The position numbers and the translations under genes were made by a program. The notes beneath the pieces are model-generated. The model saw only the letters and a list, made by a program, of their open reading frames with translations, was not told the origin of the DNA and did no database searches. Source: Enoplolaimus lenunculus (Eukaryota). From it: a stretch of DNA of 64,000 nt. Numbering within the stretch: the first letter of the stretch is position 1; the number at the start of each line of letters is the position of its first letter. Of this stretch, positions 1 through 12,624 are shown piece after piece. The stretch is from contig JASANG010001329.1 of NCBI GenBank assembly GCA_030248215.1, positions 496,001 through 560,000 on the forward strand, given 5' to 3'.

Positions 1-574
1 ATGTTTCACGGATAAAATTCAAATATTTGAAAAGTGTATTGGTTGGTGATGCATTGTCACTCTGGAACCGCAGAACAAGATTTAATTGCGAAGCAGTTAT
101 AACCGTACTGAAGCCGCGATACGGTCATGCACAAACCACACTTATTGCTCCATTTTGATGCTGCTATATATCTACCAGTAGTGTCGTATACCTCAAACTT
201 GCAAAAACCGTATAACGAAAGTGAAACGCACATTTTTGCAGGTTAATTGCATTTAGGTCTTAACGACGAGCGGCGATAAAAACTAAATTGCATCTAAATA
301 ACCGTACATCAGCAGTTTATTGCGCTGAGGCTATTTACTTTAAAAATGAAATCAGAGCTACAGAAAGTTAAGTGATCAATTGTTGTTCGCTACACAGCCA
401 GCAGGGCAGAGACGATTCGACTGAAAAGGGGCAAAAACAAGTACAATAAACGTTCATAGCATCGAGAAACCTGAGCTACTTAGTCTGTTTGCCAACAGTT
501 CCGATAAATCAATCTAGTATAGTTTTTGTGATAGCAAGTATTATTCGGATCAGTGTTTGACTTTTGTGCAGATT

Positions 575-960
575 TTAAAAGTCGTAAGTTGAAAGTTCAT
601 GGCGCAGGTATTATACTTGGTTCAGGAGCGGTCATTGGCAAACAAATGCCTAAACTCTCGTCCTTGCACCTATTGTCAGATCACCAAATAATAATTGGAG
701 TTTTCGCGCAGCAAACAATTTTGAACGCCAAAATAATCGCAAGACCAAGTCACATTCCTTGATTTAAGCTGGCGACGAACTGAACTCAATATCGGTTGAG
801 CCGGTGCACTCTACATTACCTTGTTTATGTGGAAACAGCGTTGTTGCAAACAGTGTTGCGAATGTGTGCGACGACTGTCCAAAACCAGTGAAAACAAGAC
901 TACTTTTCGATACAGGATGCTCAGCGATACAAATTTATCGCACTGAATTAAAGAACGGTT
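575..960 (+). pseudogene. Degenerate BEL/Pao LTR-retrotransposon gag-protease remnant
   Basis: Reading across frameshifts gives a Gag zinc-knuckle-like string (R.YTWFRSGHW.NKCLNSRPCTYC.SPN.NWSF). It is followed by ETALLQTV..NVCDDCPKPVKTRLLFDTG(AQR.KFI), which resembles the BEL/Pao LLQTA...RxLxDSGSQRSFI aspartic protease region. Multiple frameshifts and stops; no LTR seen. Confidence 0.5.
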
Positions 961-1476
961 GATGTTGATGGGATCCCAGATGTTATAAATGGCAGGCTTA
1001 GAATACATACAAAGCCGGTCCAAATTTTACAAAATCTTCGAAAACAACGTCTACCAACAAGATGAAACGAACTGAAGAGCTACGGAAAACGTTATGGATA
1101 AAACATTGTGCCAAATTTTGAAGAAATCTTCAGTTAATGATAGCAGAACATACCGTATGCAAACGATACTAAACTTGTTCATATTGATATTTTGATTGAT
1201 TCCTATAACTTTTCGTTCTACAGGTACGGATCTAGCGCAATGACGTCATGATACCTACTGCTTTCTGCAACGTTAGTAAAAACCCGGTATTTACGCTTTT
1301 ATGTGCAAGCGGACCTATGTCCAGTGTGTAGAATTGTATTTTTGCCATATGTTGTTTAACTTGTGTATTTTATTTCACATTACACTAGTGTTTAAGTCTA
1401 GACTAAAGCATGAACATAAGTTTTGTTTTATTACAGAAAATATGCAAGGGAGATAGTAAACAAGCACCGGCTTGCT

Positions 1477-1655
1477 GCCCATGTATAGAATAGAACCGGA
1501 ATGTTTTTCTGCGGGGCTGTAAATAGAGCCAGGTTAAGCTTAAAACTAACTTTTTTGCTTAGGCTTAAGCTTAATAGAAATAGGCTCATCCTTACGCTTA
1601 GACTTAGACGCAGGCTTAGGCTTAGGCTTAGGAATATGCTTATTCTGCTGTTGCA
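1477..1655 (+). mobile_element. TTAGGC-containing MITE copy (Harbinger-like TIR family)
   Basis: GCCCATGTA..CGGAATGTTTTTCTGCGGG head, internal (TTAGGC)n blocks and GGAATATGCTTAT tail, shared with at least 10 other copies in the window. Confidence 0.7.
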
Positions 1656-1893
1656 TGATATTTCGGGACGACAACGCAATGTCAACAAAACACAAAACCC
1701 CAATATTGCCAAAACACCACTAGTTACAAAGGCTATCAAGTTATAAGCGCGAGTAAGTATATGCGAAACTATTTTAGCGGATGTTAAAACACTAAATTTT
1801 CATCAATATAAACACTATCAGTATTCTAATACGCAAAGGACACGTTTTGCATTTTTGACACTCGATTGAATGTAGGCCTCGATTTAGACTCAG

Positions 1894-4800
1894 TCAAGCA
1901 ACTTCGGATTGCTTAAAGATAGATTTTCGACGCTTATTATTATCGCACGCGAGTTCAATGCGAATTTTGGTTCCAATCCGTTGAATCGAATCCTCATATT
2001 GAATCGGTAATCCTGCCAGAATTTTAGTTACCCAGTCAGCGTTATTTGCTCCAGCTGGCCCTCCTACCCTGCCGTTCGATCCACCATTATTTTTGTGTGC
2101 AGCGTTTGCGTCGTATTCGTCGCCAAAATTACCAACAATTATTGATATCGGAAACGCCATCAGGATAATTCCAGAAATCGCTGCGAAGCAACCAAATATT
2201 TTGCCTAAAGTTGTACATGGAAACACATCGCCATAACTGAAATGCAACAAACTTTGCTTTAAGCATGGAGTATTTGCCAAGCAGTCGAATCTAAAAGTTA
2301 TTTGAGATTTCCTGGGTTCAGGATTTCATCTGGGGACAGTTCCCGGCAATTTATCCACATTCATGTATATGTGTAGGCTAAATCGTATACGAAGCAGAAT
2401 CAAAACCATAGCTTCAAGTATACCCAAAATCTAAGTGTATCGCTATGTTTTAGCTTTGGAAAATCATGCTTCTGACCTTGTTCACAGGATTTATATGACC
2501 CCGGCACCATCTGACCCAGGCTTCTATGACGAGGACTAATTCCGAAACACCATTTTTATGTTCTTATGGGCTTTATAAACATTTGAGTTTGCCAAAATGA
2601 ATTTATGTTAATTAAATTCCAAGCATTTTTTATTTTGGCAACTTTTATATGGCTAAACTCGTGTAATATAGAATTTCCACTACAAGGTCGCATAACCATT
2701 CTAGAACTGTTCACCGTACTTCGCTGCCACTATATGTTACTATAATACCACAAACAAGCAAGTGTCTTACCACACCAGTTCACGTCAATCTTAGACGGTA
2801 ATGGCCGTATTTTGGGAAACGCAGGTCATTAGTGTACTATATACAGACGCATGTTATCTCAGAAAAACTTCCTGCCCCAGGGTTAACAATAATAATAATA
2901 ATAAAATCGGCTGAGGTTTAGGTTTTGGCTCAGAAAAATAATCAGTACCAAATGTGGCGGGTGTGCACTTTTGCTTGCTAATCAAATTAATCACAAGTGA
3001 GGTAGGAAAGTAAACAAGTATACTCGGACGGCCGAATCACACACAATGGACACACTTAACCCGAACTAAAAACGTACCCCACCGTTGTCATAGTAATAAT
3101 ACACCACCAAAGTGCCGCCGGTATAGTCGGAAACATCGTACACTCGCTGTCGATTTCAATATAGTAAACTGTAGTTGAAAATACTAAGTTAGTCGTTACA
3201 ATAAACAACATTAGTAATATGATTTCACGCCAGCTACGCTTCAGCGAGACAGCCATCGATTGAAATCCGCCTGAATAGCGTGCGACTTTCAAAACGCGCA
3301 ATGCTCGCAGGACACGTAAAATGCGTAAAATCCTCAGGATAACAAAAGATCGACGAAAATCACCTAATCCTGATGCGGTGTCATCTACAAGCCCGGCTGC
3401 GCTAAGAGTTAATTCAACATAAAACGGTACAATTGCCATAACATCAACAACGGTAAGAGGGGACAACAAGTACGCCCAACGTTGCGGAGTCGACAATAAC
3501 CGTAACGCGAAATCAATTGAGAAAAATATAACGCACGCAGTGTCTGCGATTTCAATTTGAGGGACAGGTTCGCGAGATTTCTGTGACGACGAGGTTGAGT
3601 TCAGCAAAGTTGTTGTGGTTTGCGTCGGAGTTGTATCGATTTGAAATTCGTACATTGAGCTCATAATTAAAAGCGATGTCGACACAAAAACGACAAGGCA
3701 ACAGACAACCATGTAGACCTGAAACAGACGATAAAACCAGCTATTTTATGATGCTTACGTTTCACTTGATTTGGCTGTATATTTACATTTTGAACATTAC
3801 GCATAGACTCGCCTCGGACCATCGAGCGTCGCTGTGCGTTAATGTTTTACTAATCATTTAATTGATATGTGAGGCAGCGCGAGACAAAGAAAAAATATAG
3901 GCAACCAAACGTTAAATCTAGAATACGCTAAATCTCTAAATTTTGAGTTAGCAGTAGTTTGTGTGCTTGCGTTTAGCAGAACACGCTTTAACAGCGTTCA
4001 ACTATAAAATAAATGTCCACTCATAACAAAAATATACCGACGGTGTATTAAAAGACGGAATTGGACCTATCACGGCACACTTCGAATACGTTGAGAAAAA
4101 ATATAGGCAACCAAACGTTAAATCTAGAATACGCTAAATCTCTAAATTTTGAGTTAGCAGTAGTTTGTGTGCTTGCGTTTAGCAGAACACGCTTTAACAG
4201 CGTTCAACTATAAAATAAATGTCCACTCATAACAAAAATATACCGACGGTGTATTAAAAGACGGAATTGGACCTACCACGGCACACTTCGAATACGTTGG
4301 GTTATCTAAAGTATTCCACAAGACATCACGGAACCGATTTAAAGTTTGAACGATTCTTTTGATTACTGTGTTCCAATTTTTGGACGAAAGCTTTTCGGCC
4401 TCAACGCCTGTCAACGAAGTCGTCTCAATAGTTTGACATTCTGGTAATGTTAAACTGCCATTTTGATGCTCAGTTGGTACCGCAGGTTTGATTCGAGTAT
4501 CACTTGGATCAGACGAAGTGATAGCAGATTCTGGCTCTAATGATTCGTCAGTACTCATTTCTTCGGAGCAACAGCAATTATTGAAACTTTTGACCGGTAG
4601 TTGCCAATACTCAAGCTCTTTGAGAAATTGATTTGGACACATATCTACAGGTATATGGGGGCGATCAATAGTGCTGAAATGATACAAACATCAATATGGA
4701 TTGCTTTTGGGATACCTAAATTTTTTAAAGAACCGAGTCCAGATTTATATATATTATTGATGCTATTAATAAATACCGTTTTGATGAACGTAAAAAATCC

Positions 4801-5935
4801 ATTGTTTTGCTTGTCAAGTGACACATTTTGGAGTTTCTCAGCTGACAACAAGCGTTTTTAACGATGTTTTTTGGAACGCGAAAAACGTTTCATATATATC
4901 GTTTGATTTTTACGCGATTCCCAAGTAGAAAAGACGAAACAGTACACACAAAAAGCTTTCATCTATAAATTCTGTTGAATTAATTTCAAGCTACACTGCA
5001 AAAATTGGTGAGTCAAATTGACTCTCTTCGAAATAGGCTTTTCGGGAATACACAAACTGAGTCAAATCCGACTTCGCCAGAGTCAAATTCGACTCACTGA
5101 GCGATTAAGGAGTGTCGAATGTCACTCTGGCGGAGTCGAATTTGACTCAGTTTGTGTAGTCCGGAAAAACCTATTTTGGAGGAAGTCAAAGGTGCTTCGC
5201 AAATGGTTTGCAATTAGTTGTTCATGTAGTCAATCTATGCTCGAAATTGTTGCCGGATTGAAACTTATAATAAGGCATGTGAAATCGGCATAATACATAT
5301 TCGCTTTGCAAGTTGCATAATGTAGATATTTACTGTTAATTCATTCAAGTTTTAGTAAAATTTAAACCCTCTGAAGATTTTTGTCAAGTCCTAACTGAAT
5401 TTACAATTTGCACTTACTTGTAAACGGCTAAAATATCTTTTGCCAGCATGAACGATCGGTCAAAATAATAAACCAACTCATTTTCTGTGGAACCTTGAAA
5501 TCTTGCATCATACAATTTTTCTTGTTGCTTGTCTTGATTCTGAGTGCCGCTAGTTGTTTGTGTAATATCTTCGTTTTTTGCCTCTGCTAAATCATTTGCA
5601 AACAATTTTCCCAACCGTGATTGCGGATACTTAGCTACTAACTCACGATAACATGTTATCATTTGACCTCCAACATTTATGCTCACAGGAGTCAGATCTT
5701 TTAGCAATGTTACGTTCGTTATTGACTTTTCTAAGTTACATGTGAAACCAAGCGAAACCACTTTAGCCATTTCATCAATAACACGAGGAGTTGATAAACA
5801 GACAGATTTAATTCTACGCATAGGCGGCGCTTTGATGTCTCCGCTAATTACTGAATTACCCTTACTGCTGCCATCCCTTCGATTAGACGAACCGTAGCAT
5901 GAATATCGTTTTACCTCGGTTGGTACTAGTAACAT
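1894..5935 (-). CDS. Voltage-gated K+ channel alpha subunit, Shab/Kv2-related (possible regulatory KvS-type), about 632 aa, 4 exons
   Basis: Exons 5935-5418, 4673-4277, 3718-3078 and 2236-1894, all GT..AG with phases 2/0/2; 1899 nt in total. T1 domain (INVGG..YPQSRLGKL..YYFDRS) with HX5CX20CC zinc motif, S1-S6, S4 RILRILRVLRALRVLKVAR, pore WWCIITMTTVG|YGD split by intron 3, S6 ILMAFPISII. The start codon is the least certain part. Confidence 0.93.
3888..4299. repeat. 206-bp direct tandem duplication overlapping the Kv exon 2 donor
   Basis: By eye, 3888-4093 equals 4094-4299 except at one position (4070 t versus 4276 c). Confidence 0.92.
4994..5214. mobile_element. Palindromic MITE with CACTG terminus (CACTA/EnSpm-like), in Kv intron 1
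   Basis: TA|CACTGCAAAAA start and fold-back GAGTCAAAT..ATTTGACTC arms; related copy at 43015-43201. Confidence 0.6.
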
Positions 5936-6236
5936 TGTATATTTTAAACAATGATACGCAATGTTAAAGTTAGTTGCGAGCTGTAACTATGGTAATGTAT
6001 TTATTAGAAAAATTATAATTATTTTATTCCTCTTATAGGTAAGTTAAATTTATGTAATATTTTACGGTATGAAACCAAGCAAGTGGGAACGAAAGAAAAA
6101 AGCGCAATTAAGAGGAGTGATTACAGGAAGTATATCAATTACTTAAACTGGTTAGCTTAAAAACTTAAGCTGCCTCAAAGCATTAAATTAATTAGGCATC
6201 TCTGGAAAAGATAAGTTTTCGCATCCGTCTTTAGTA

Positions 6237-6687
6237 CTGTTGTGACCCGAATAAGAGGGGGGAATGATATTTATTTGCCTCTCCACAGGGTACCCCCCTT
6301 GTTATTCGGTTACGGACTGTTATTTATTTTTAACCCAAGCTCCGCCACGCTTCGTTACTGATATATATCCGGTACTGCAATCATCCGTTGAATTAAACGT
6401 TTATTTGTCTTGTGTCAATAGCTTGAGCGATAATACAAGGTTACACTTAGGAATGTACTTTCAATATTTAAGTACGCTTTAAAGTTTCAAACTCAAATTC
6501 TTTGGTCCTGGAGTTAATATTTATGCGCTTAAATTAGGGTTAATTGCATTTATGGACTCTAATTAGGGTTTAGGGACTCTATCCGCTTACGGACTCTTAT
6601 TAATAGGGATACGGACTCCAATTGATTCGGACTCAAAATGGGGACCCCTCTTATTACCCCTCTCCCTGTTTATTTGGGCCAATACAA
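6237..6687 (+). mobile_element. Tc1/mariner-superfamily MITE (TA target duplication)
   Basis: TA|CTGTTGTGACCCGAATAAGAGGGG left TIR and a degenerate right TIR; internal sequence shared with copies at 16736, 22344, 25398 and 55978. Confidence 0.75.
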
Positions 6688-7084
6688 TAACAGAAATTAT
6701 TAGTGAACTTCTATACAAAAAAGAAACCACTTTAACCAGAAACATTATCGCAAATTTTAACAAATCACGCAGCGCAAATTGGTTTGTTTACGTTGCCTAA
6801 AATTACACTAAATGACAATAAAAATGCCTGAATGTCGTGCTGAGGAGTTTCCGTTGGTTACGTAGCAAAAGCATGAGTCAAAACATACTCTTACAACTTG
6901 TGCAGCATTAAAAATACAAAGGTATGAACCGAAGTCATAACTATATAGGCTGGGTAGATATTTTGAAACGAGTATAGTACCTATCATCTTGATCTCAAAA
7001 AATTTGCTGCGAAAAAATTGCTAAATTTTGAAGTTAAATGTTTTTTAATGTTAAAGATTTCAAATCTATTGCCAACATGACATA

Positions 7085-7208
7085 GCTCACGTAAAGATCA
7101 GGCGCGGAACGTTTTCCTGCAGTACTGCTATAGAGTGAGCTTAAACTTTGGACTCATTTTTGCTTATGCTTAAGTTTAGGCTTAGGAATATTGTAATGCT
7201 AACGGCCC
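7085..7208 (+). mobile_element. TTAGGC-containing MITE copy (short)
   Basis: GTAAAGATCAGGCGCGGAACGTTTT head, GCTTAGGAATAT and ACGGCCC end. Confidence 0.65.
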
Positions 7209-8984
7209 AGTTCTACATATTGTTCACATGGTAAAGTGTGTACGACGCAGTTGAGAATACGGCTATAAATTTACAACATGTAAACGCATCCGAACAGGTT
7301 TTCGGCTTTGTGTTCTGGTTTAAGATGTTCTCTAAGGTTAGTATGTTAAATGATTTTTAATCTGAAATTATATTATGGCTAATGACAAGAATTTTTCAGG
7401 ATTTTTGAGCGTACGGTTGCTTTTTGGGCATCGGAAAGCTGGTATGGCTTGTAAGATATATTATGAAAGTAGGAGAAACATATATTAAAAACCATTCGAC
7501 TACATTGGTTCTAGCTAAAGTTGGCAATAAAACTGCAATCCACATATTGAAATTGAAGATTCTAGGTATGTGTAGAACTATGTTAAACATACGGGATATT
7601 CTTAATAGAAAAAAGCAAAAGACAGTGTATATATGTATTTTCAGAAGAAAATAAACGTTCGTTTCCGTATTCCAACGGGTAAATTCGTTTGTAAAGATGT
7701 AGTTAAAGTTTCGACATCGCTCACACCGCTAGCCTTCTATATCTCCTCAGCAAATACTTATATATAATATATGGTACAATTGCCTTTACAGTTCGTACAG
7801 GTACTATCTGACATTTGACACCAGTATTATCAATAATTAATAGCCTGACATATATAACGGCTGAATTGTTTCTCACTAACCAACCATTAATACTATATTT
7901 TTTGAGCACCATTGACTGTTGTACCTAAGATTTTTTTATCTGTCACCTTAATTGAAACCAAATCGTTAGCTTTTCAGTAACAATAAATCGCAGCAAATTT
8001 ACTGACAATTACAATAATTAGCACAAAAAAGCAAAGACTGAGATCAGACTGCCTATTCTTCTGATACTGTTAAACTTGGGGCATGTTGAGCAAGTTTTGA
8101 TGCTTGCCTCAGGAGAGCGTCAAAGCTTCTAAACGTATGCCCTCATCAAAACGCGTTATCATTAATCACGCGGCAGGGATATTTGATTTGGGAAGTTTTC
8201 TTAATATAATCGACTATAAGGTGCCTAATTTTCACCACTTTAGCAAGGCATATAAATAAATTTGTCGTCAATATTTCCGCTGAGTTGAGGAGTAGACAAC
8301 ATTTTGTAACCTAGCGTTGACTATATCAACGATTGCTTAAACCATGTACCGAAGCCATCTCACTTTGCTAAGGGGCTAAAATTTTTACAAAACGGGCGTT
8401 CAAGGGTTTTTAATGGCTTACAAGTAAAGTTGAAAATTTTCCGGGGGGGGGGGGGTAAAATTATTCCAGCGGGTGCTGAGCCCCCTGCCCCACCGTCTTG
8501 GCTACGGGCACGGCTTAAACTTAAATTGTTTGATTTTCGGTCAACCATGCCCAAACGTTAGTGTATTCAGAGCAAGTATTACCTTCTAATTTTCATAACT
8601 GGCAGATCCTACTTAAGCGCGAAAACCAATTATAATGAACAAACCACAATTTTTTTATAACTGATACAGATAAGTTTTGAAACGAAAAAATATGTTATTT
8701 TGCCTATGGGGCTTCTTGATAAATTGCCAGACAAAGTTTGATATGTGGTTTAAATAGACCACCAGTCATGCTTACGTCAATTGATAAACGTACAATTTTT
8801 TGCAGCTGCAACAATATTTATGCATCCCACAGAAACTAAAGAGCTCATAAACTTTTAATTCGACTGGTCCAAGCGCGGATGATTCTTCGACAAAAGTATG
8901 CAACTTGCGGCCCGCACTTTGTGAGGCGAACCTTTTTCGCAGAACCATAATAGAGTAAAGTTAAAGCTTTAGACTGTTTTTTCA

Positions 8985-9550
8985 AATAACTCAGGCTTCC
9001 CAAACCACTCTGGTCTCTCAAATCACTCAGGTCTCTCAAATCGCTCGGATCTCTCAAATGACTCAGGCCTCACAAATCACTCGGTTCTCTTAAATTATTC
9101 AGGCCTCTAAATCACTCAGGCGTCTTAAATCACTCGGGTCTCTCAAAACACTCGGGTCTCTCAACTCGCACAAGCCTCTCAAATTACAGTCGGATCTTTC
9201 AAATCACTCGGGTCTCTCAAATCGCTCAGGCCTCTCAAATCACTCAGGTCTATCAAATCATTCAGGCCTGTCAAATCACTCGGGTGTTTCAAATCACTCA
9301 GGTTTCTCAAATCACTTAGACCTCTAAAATCACTCGGTTCTCTCAAATCATTCGGGTCTATGAAATCGCTCAGGCCTCTCAAATCACTCGGGTCTCTCAA
9401 ATCATTCAAAACTCTCAATCACTCTGTTCTTTTATATCGCACAAGCCTCTCAAATCACTCGGATCTTTCAAATCATTCGGGTCTCTCAAACCACGCGGGT
9501 CTCTGAAATCACAAAGGTCTCTCAAATTACTCAAGTCTCTCAAGTCACTG
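8985..9550. repeat. Degenerate 18-bp minisatellite (consensus CTCAAATCACTCGGGTCT), about 30 units
   Basis: Periodic AAATCACTC(A/G)GG(T/C)CTCTC; explains the spurious DLRDLS ORFs. Followed by a GGCCGGCC-rich block at 9582-9650. Confidence 0.9.
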
Positions 9551-9742
9551 AATGCTTGATAATTTTCAAAATTTGTACATTGGCCGGCCGGCGGCCAAAT
9601 GACCGGCCAGACGGCCCGTACGCCCCATTAGCCACCGGCCGTCCGGCCAGTAGAAAAAGGTGAGGATTGTACAACAGTAACCTTTAGTTGCATTCTTTTC
9701 TTCAAACGGTTGAACACGATGCACTTTTTATAAGAACTATTA

Positions 9743-10599
9743 AAACTAGAAAAAATTGCTCAGCACTTGAGCAGCATGGGATATGCTTCATATATCTATT
9801 AAATGGACCGTAACTAGACCAGCACATTCGTTCGATGTAACTTGGAAAAATATTAAGAAACAATGGCGGCCAAAATCATGTTGACTATTAATTCTTCTGA
9901 AACATATTGCGGAGAGCAACTCTATTTTTATTTTGAAAGTTTTTGGCAGATTTATTAGGCATTTTAAGAAATTTCTTAGATAATGGCAGGGTTACAGAGA
10001 CATGGCTGAAATATAGTGATCCTGCTTTTGCCAGATTAATCGATGCTGCCAGAATACGGTGAGAATTTTGAGCCTCTAGTCGTGACAATGAAGTGAAACA
10101 AATAACTCGGTAGGGAAATGCGCATTTATAGATTACTACCTGTAAACTTGTTTGTATGGAACTAAGGTAAAAGTCGGGTAAAGTCAAGAGTCGTTTTTAA
10201 AGCATCAATTGCGAGTCATTTCGTGACAACGCCTTGTTTACGAAAGTATCTAACAAAATTGGTCATCACTACTCTAACTCACCAATCGCCATACAGTGTT
10301 CTTATGAAATTCAATTAACTATGTTAATAGAGAGTCAAAGGTGAGTTTAGTACGTTCTTGTACAAAGTTCAATACACATTGAAAACAAAACATTTGTTTC
10401 TTACAAAAAGAATTACAGAAATTTTGCTATCCACAATATGTTTAGAAGAATTAATAGTCAACATGATTTTGGACGCCATTGTTTCTTAATATTTTTCCAG
10501 GTTACATCGAACGAATGTGCTGGTCTAGTTACGGTCCTTTTAATAGATATATGAAGCATATCCCATGCTGCTCAAGTGCTGAGCAATTTTTTCTAGTTT
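9743..10599. repeat. About 177-bp inverted repeat pair (9743-9919 / 10423-10599), each arm ending in the hairpin + CTAG
   Basis: AACTAGAAAAAATTGCTCAGCACTTGAGCAGCATGGGATATG... is the reverse complement of ...CATATCCCATGCTGCTCAAGTGCTGAGCAATTTTTTCTAGTT, with few mismatches. Confidence 0.9.
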
Positions 10600-12624
10600 C
10601 AACCGCTTTACCAAGCTCCTGATTAATCCATCAATCTGAACTATGAAAAGTGAGAAGACTGATTAAACTAACTACGGAGTTTCAATAAATCGTTTCCATG
10701 ACAGAAACTTTTATCCCGACAACAAGCACCAAACCAACGTAATTGTGTATAACCAAACATTGCGGCGAAACAAACCACGGTGTGACATTGTCCGTTGGGG
10801 TAAAACCAACCGTTGGGGTGAAACCAACCGTTGGGTGAAACCAACCGTTAGGGTGAAACCAACCGTTGGGGCGAAACGAACCGTTGGGGTGAAACCAACC
10901 GTTGGGGTGAAACCAACCGTTGGGGTGAAACTAAGCATTGGGGTGAAACCAACCGTTGGGGTGAAACCAACCGTTGGGGTGAAACCAACCGTTGGGGTGA
11001 AACTAACCGTAGTGACGAAGCCAGCCGTTGGGGTAAAATCGACCGTTGGGGTGAAACCAATCGTTGGGGTGAAACCAATCGTTGGGGTGAAACTAAGCAT
11101 TGGGGTGAAACCAAGCGTTGGGGTGAAATCAACCGTTCGGATGAAACCAACCGTTGGGGTGAAACCAACCGTTGGGGTGAAACCAACCGTTGGGGTGAAA
11201 CCAACCGTTGGGGTGAAACCAACCGTTGGGGTGAAACCAACCGTTGGGGTGAAACCGCCCGTTGGGGTGAAACCAACCGTTGGGGTGAAACCAATTGTTG
11301 GGGTGAAACCAACCGTAGTGACGAAGCCACCCGTTGGGGTAAAATCGACCGTTGTGGTGAAAACAACCGTTGGGGTGAAACTAAGCATTGGGATGAAACC
11401 AACCGTTGGGGTGAAACTAACCGTTGGGGTGAAACCAACCGTTGGGGTGAAACTAACCGTTGGGGTGAAACCAACTGTTGGGGTGAAACCAACCGTTGGG
11501 GTGAAACCAACCGTTGGGGTGAAAGTGAACCCAACCGTTGGGGTGAAACCAACCGTTGGGGTGAAACCAACCGTTGGGGTGAAACCAACCGTTGGGGTAA
11601 AATCGACCGTTGTGGTGAAAACAACCGTTGGGGTGAAACTAAGCATTGGGATGAAACCAACCGTTGGGGTGAAACTAACCGTTGGGGTGAAACCAACCGT
11701 TGGGGTGAAACTAAGCATTGGGATGAAACCAACCGTTGGGGTGAAACTAACCGTTGGGGTGAAACCAACCGTTGGGGTGAAACTAACCGTTGGGGTGAAA
11801 CCAACTGTTGGGGTGAAACCAACCGTTGGGGTGAAACCAACCGTTGGGGTGAAAGTGAAACCAACCGTTGGGGTGAAACCAACCGTTGGGGTGAAACCAA
11901 CCGTTGGGGCGAAACAAACCGTTGGGGTGAAACCAACCGTTGGGGTGAAACCAACCGTTGGGGTGAAACCAACCGTTGGGGTGAAACCAACCGTTGGGGT
12001 GAAACCAACCGTTGGGGTGAAACCAACCGTTGGGGTGAAACCAAGCGTTGGGGTGAAACCAACCGTTGGGAGGAAACCAACCGTTGGGATGAAACCAACC
12101 GTTGGGGTGAAACCAACCGTTGGGGTGAAACCAACCGTTGGGGTGAAACCAACCGTTGGGGTGAAACCAACCGTTGGGGTGAAACCAACCGTTGGGGTGA
12201 AACCAACCGCTGGGGTGAAACCAACCGTTGGAGTGAAACCAACCGTTGGAGTGAAACAAACCGTTGGGGTTAAACCAACCGTTGGGGTGAACCCGACCGT
12301 AAAGCCCTATAAAGTGTACCTATAAAGTTATAATCGTATAAAATTACTTAGCTAACGTGTAAAAAGTGCTGAACCAAAATGGAAAATTTCGTGCACTTTC
12401 TGTATGGAGTTTTTTGACCGTAACTACTGAAGGCCACGTTCGTTTGGCAAATCCTTTGGCACAGATATTCCCAACGGACCAGGATACCAGTGTACAAAAT
12501 TTAAACGAAATAGGTCTGATGTTACTTGAGTACCAACATGCAAACTAAACTGAAAATACGCACTTGAGAAATCTGCCTTTCGATGCACAACGAGCTTTAT
12601 TCCTACGGTCTTGATTGTTATAGA
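9746..12624 (-). mobile_element. Probable non-autonomous Helitron carrying a minisatellite
   Basis: Minus-strand 5' end A|TCTATAAC at 12624. The 3' end has hairpin GCTCA-AGTGC-TGAGC, 8 nt, then CTAG|T at 9746. This is the canonical TC...hairpin-CTRR structure inserted between A and T. No RepHel ORF. Confidence 0.55.
10790..12300. repeat. 18-bp minisatellite GGGGTGAAACCAACCGTT, about 84 units, with higher-order duplications
   Basis: Direct reading. Variant units recur in blocks, e.g. the GAAAGTGAA insert at 11521 and 11851, 330 bp apart. Confidence 0.97.

Noticed and set aside
1431..1746. ORFs with LSLSLS / LRLRLR runs (also 49184-49375, 54319-54531 and the N-terminal part of 31391-31999)
   Set aside because: Translations of TTAGGC repeats inside MITEs.
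8845..9418. DLRDLS-repeat ORFs resembling leucine-rich repeats
   Set aside because: Translation of a degenerate 18-bp minisatellite with indels that break the frame.
10711..12325. Long ORFs of 526, 464, 335 and 158 aa (VGVKPT, VSPQRL, FTPTVG, GWFHPN repeats)
   Set aside because: Several frames on both strands are open only because the 18-bp unit lacks stops; no splice or domain context.
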